A stretch of DNA of 59,842 nucleotides from Patescibacteria group bacterium (GTDB lineage: Bacteria > Patescibacteriota > Microgenomatia > UBA1400 > UBA1449), in NCBI GenBank assembly GCA_050942955.1, contig JBMNOG010000008.1:1-59842 (forward strand), in the 5' to 3' direction. Positions 57,449-59,842 of this stretch are shown piece after piece. The translations under genes were made by a program, and so were the position numbers. The notes beneath the pieces are model-generated. The model was not told the DNA's origin, did no database searches, and saw nothing but the letters and a program-made list of their open reading frames with translations. Each line of letters starts with the position of its first letter. Positions within the stretch are counted from its first letter, which is position 1.

Positions 57449-58699
57449 ATGAAAAGGATAATTGTTACATTGCTAGTATTTATCTTTCTTAGTTTATCTT
57501 TAGGTATACAGATTGTAGTTGCAGAAGATCAAAAAGCGGTTACGGTTAAAGATTTTCCTACAGAAATCAAAATTGGAGATGAAGAAAGTCTTTCATTTAG
57601 TGCGGTTCTTGAACCTAATAGTACTTATTACTATAAAGTAAGAGCCGGAGATTCTAAGAGTACAGCAGAAACGTTTAATTCCAGTAGTAATAAGTGGCTT
57701 GGTGATAAATCTGCATGGACCGAATTCCCTCAGCTTGAAACAGGTGAAGATGGACGGATAAAAACAGATAACCAAGCAGTAATGTTCAGGATTAAACAGG
57801 GAACAACTGTTGGCAACACAGAACTGCAAGTAAGAGTTAAAAGTACTGATACTGAGTATAGTTTAGACTCTTCACCTGTTGTAATTACTATACTTACACC
57901 AGATCCTACTCCTACTCCCACTCCCACGCCTACCCCCATGCCAACAACCACTCCGGCTCCTACCCATAACTATGACAACATTACGATCACAGAAATCTAC
58001 CCTTCCCCTAAAGGCGATGGAGAAGATGAAGAGGAGTGGGTGGAAATTTATAATAATAATGACGGGGAGGCTAACCTTAACAGCTGGTATATAAAAGATG
58101 GTGCCGGCAACAAAAAAAGGATAGATAACTTCACTATTCCCGGAAAATCATATGCAACATTTAACTTTAGTTCGGGTTTGCTGAACAACAATGGCGATAG
58201 TGTGATTCTGCTAAACGCTGATGAGCAGGAGAAAGATGCTGTCCACAACTATCCAGAAATTGAGAAAGGTTATTCGTGGGCTAAAATTTCAGGTTCGTGG
58301 TGTCTGTCAAAACCAACGAAAAACGGTCATAATGGTGCTTGTATAACCCTTGCTAACCCTTCGCCTTCCTCCTCACCTTCATCTAGTCCTGAATCTGTTC
58401 TAGGGGCAGCATCTAAAACAAAAAAGTCTGCATTTGAAAATGAGAGTGCTAATTCTGAAGACATGTTAGGAGATGAAAACGGAAGGGATTTACCCCAGCT
58501 TGCCACCCCGTCAGGTAAAGCTCTAGGAATGCTAACAAGTGCAAGTGAAATTACCACACCTTCAGCTTCCAAAAGGCCGACTCCGCTCCTGCCGATTGGT
58601 ATTGCCGGAACAGGAATTATAATGCTGGGAGGGGCAGGTTTTCCCTTTATAAAACCAAAAGTAATTGAATATATAGCTAAAATAAAGTCTCGCCAGTAG
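57449..58699 (+). CDS. Surface protein with a lamin-tail (LTD) domain, PT/PS linkers and a C-terminal TM
   Basis: ITEIYPSP...EWVEIYN, LNNNGDSV, (PT)n. Confidence 0.8.
   Translation: MKRIIVTLLVFIFLSLSLGIQIVVAEDQKAVTVKDFPTEIKIGDEESLSFSAVLEPNSTYYYKVRAGDSKSTAETFNSSSNKWLGDKSAWTEFPQLETGEDGRIKTDNQAVMFRIKQGTTVGNTELQVRVKSTDTEYSLDSSPVVITILTPDPTPTPTPTPTPMPTTTPAPTHNYDNITITEIYPSPKGDGEDEEEWVEIYNNNDGEANLNSWYIKDGAGNKKRIDNFTIPGKSYATFNFSSGLLNNNGDSVILLNADEQEKDAVHNYPEIEKGYSWAKISGSWCLSKPTKNGHNGACITLANPSPSSSPSSSPESVLGAASKTKKSAFENESANSEDMLGDENGRDLPQLATPSGKALGMLTSASEITTPSASKRPTPLLPIGIAGTGIIMLGGAGFPFIKPKVIEYIAKIKSRQ
57905..57937 (+). repeat. CCYACN hexamer tandem encoding (Pro-Thr)n
   Basis: CCTACT CCTACT CCCACT CCCACG CCTACC. 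Confidence 0.7.
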
Positions 58700-58737
58700 T
58701 TCTGTTATCAATCCTCGTTTGCACGTATAATTTCATT

Positions 58738-59154
58738 ATGAAAAAAACATTATTAGCCTGGCTTCCGGTTTGCTTGTGGGCTTTAGTTATCTTTCTCTTT
58801 TCGTCACTTCCAACTATCCCTACCCCTTTTATTATCTGGTGGGATGTGTTCATTAAAAAAACGGCCCACTTTGTAGAGTTTGCCATCTTAGCTATCCTCC
58901 TTTTTAGAGCTTTACATTGGACGTATAAAAAAATAAAAGATCAATCTACATTACTTATTACAACCGGATTGTTTTCCGTTATCTACGCCATATCTGACGA
59001 ATTTCATCAGCGCCTTACCCCGGGTAGGATTCCAACAGTTAGGGATGTTGTCATCGATACTCTTGGAGTGGTAGTAGCTTTATTGGTAATAAAAAGATTT
59101 ACATATTTAAAAAACAAGTATCCAAAGCTTGCCGGTTTTATCTTTTTCAAATGA
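58738..59154 (+). CDS. VanZ family protein
   Basis: KTAHFVEFAIL, YAISDEFHQ...PGR....DV..D. Confidence 0.92.
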   Translation: MKKTLLAWLPVCLWALVIFLFSSLPTIPTPFIIWWDVFIKKTAHFVEFAILAILLFRALHWTYKKIKDQSTLLITTGLFSVIYAISDEFHQRLTPGRIPTVRDVVIDTLGVVVALLVIKRFTYLKNKYPKLAGFIFFK

Positions 59155-59186
59155 TAGAATGGTGTAAGTAATAAAAGGTTAACGAT

Positions 59187-59842
59187 ATGAAAATCTTAGT
59201 TACCGGAGGTGCTGGTTATATTGGTGCTGTTACTGCTCATGAACTTGTCAAAGCAGGTTATGAGGTAGTCGTTTTTGATAATCTCCAGCATGGAGACCGC
59301 CACCGCATTGACGGCATGGACCTAGTTGTTGGCGATACAACTAACTTTGATCTTATTTCCCAGACTCTCCGTTCTTATCACATTGAGGCTGTAATTCACT
59401 TTGCCGCATGGATTGAGATGGGGGAGTCGATGCAGGATCCGGGCAAGTATTTTTACAACAATGTCTATGGTACTCTTCAACTTCTGAATGCGATGGTTTC
59501 TGAAAGAGTTGATAAACTTGTGTTTTCTTCAACAGCTGGAGTGTACGGTAACCCTATAAAAATCCCAATTGCAGAAGATGATCCCCAAAACCCTCTAAAC
59601 CCTTACGGTGAGTCAAAACTGATAGTTGAAAAAATGCTTCGCTGGTTTAGTGAAATTCACAACCTGCGTTCAATTGCGATCCGTTACTTTAATGCTGCTG
59701 GAGCATTGCCTGAAGGAAAACTGGGGGAGTCTCATGATCCCGAAAGCCACCTTATTCCCAACATCATGAAAGCAGTATTAGAAGATCGGGAGTTTACTCT
59801 TTTTGGCGATGACTACAATACTCCGGATGGTACTTGTGTCCG
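59187..59842 (+). CDS. galE: UDP-glucose 4-epimerase, 3'-truncated
   Basis: MKILVTGGAGYIG, HFAA, FSSTAGVYG, PYGESK, RYFNAAGA, HLIP; runs off the window end. Confidence 0.93.
   Translation, partial: MKILVTGGAGYIGAVTAHELVKAGYEVVVFDNLQHGDRHRIDGMDLVVGDTTNFDLISQTLRSYHIEAVIHFAAWIEMGESMQDPGKYFYNNVYGTLQLLNAMVSERVDKLVFSSTAGVYGNPIKIPIAEDDPQNPLNPYGESKLIVEKMLRWFSEIHNLRSIAIRYFNAAGALPEGKLGESHDPESHLIPNIMKAVLEDREFTLFGDDYNTPDGTCV

Noticed and set aside
1-59842. Alternative genetic code (UGA=Gly), CRISPR arrays, tRNA/rRNA, prophage, transposases
   Set aside because: Conserved genes are intact under code 11 and several end in TGA; no spaced repeats, cloverleafs, integrase or transposase motifs were seen by eye.

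Overview
A gene-dense, low-GC bacterial chromosome segment with about 55 CDSs, standard genetic code. The gene content points to a Patescibacteria/CPR genome, most likely Microgenomates (inference): DUF3048, DUF4012, DUF4446, an N-terminally short MurF, an archaeal-type TIM and essentially no biosynthetic genes. It is mostly housekeeping. Translation and tRNA genes: lysS, serS, miaB, miaA, dus, dtd, prfB, rnpB. Export and quality control: secDF, yidC-like, sppA, SPFH, lon. Nucleotide clean-up and repair: NUDIX, HD, yjjX, rdgB, nfo, rnhB. Also comM and envelope genes: uppP, murF, ftsEX with an M23 peptidase, GH18, a DUF2723 GT-C, galE. I found no tRNA, rRNA, CRISPR array, prophage or intact IS element. 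Highlights read from the sequence: (1) a very compact T-box riboswitch before serS, with an ultrashort Stem I carrying a Ser UCC specifier in its terminal loop, a UGGC bulge matching tRNA-Ser G73, and a transcriptional terminator; (2) a circularly permuted M23 peptidase as the FtsEX partner; (3) 7-bp-periodic repeat arrays in frame inside miaA and in the serS leader; (4) many -10 boxes 6-9 nt before start codons, suggesting leaderless mRNAs; (5) a CIRCE over the lon promoter; (6) an RNase P RNA apparently lacking P18 and the L15 GGU; (7) a GT4 + phosphodiester glycosidase fusion. All family assignments come from motif recognition by eye; no database searches were run.
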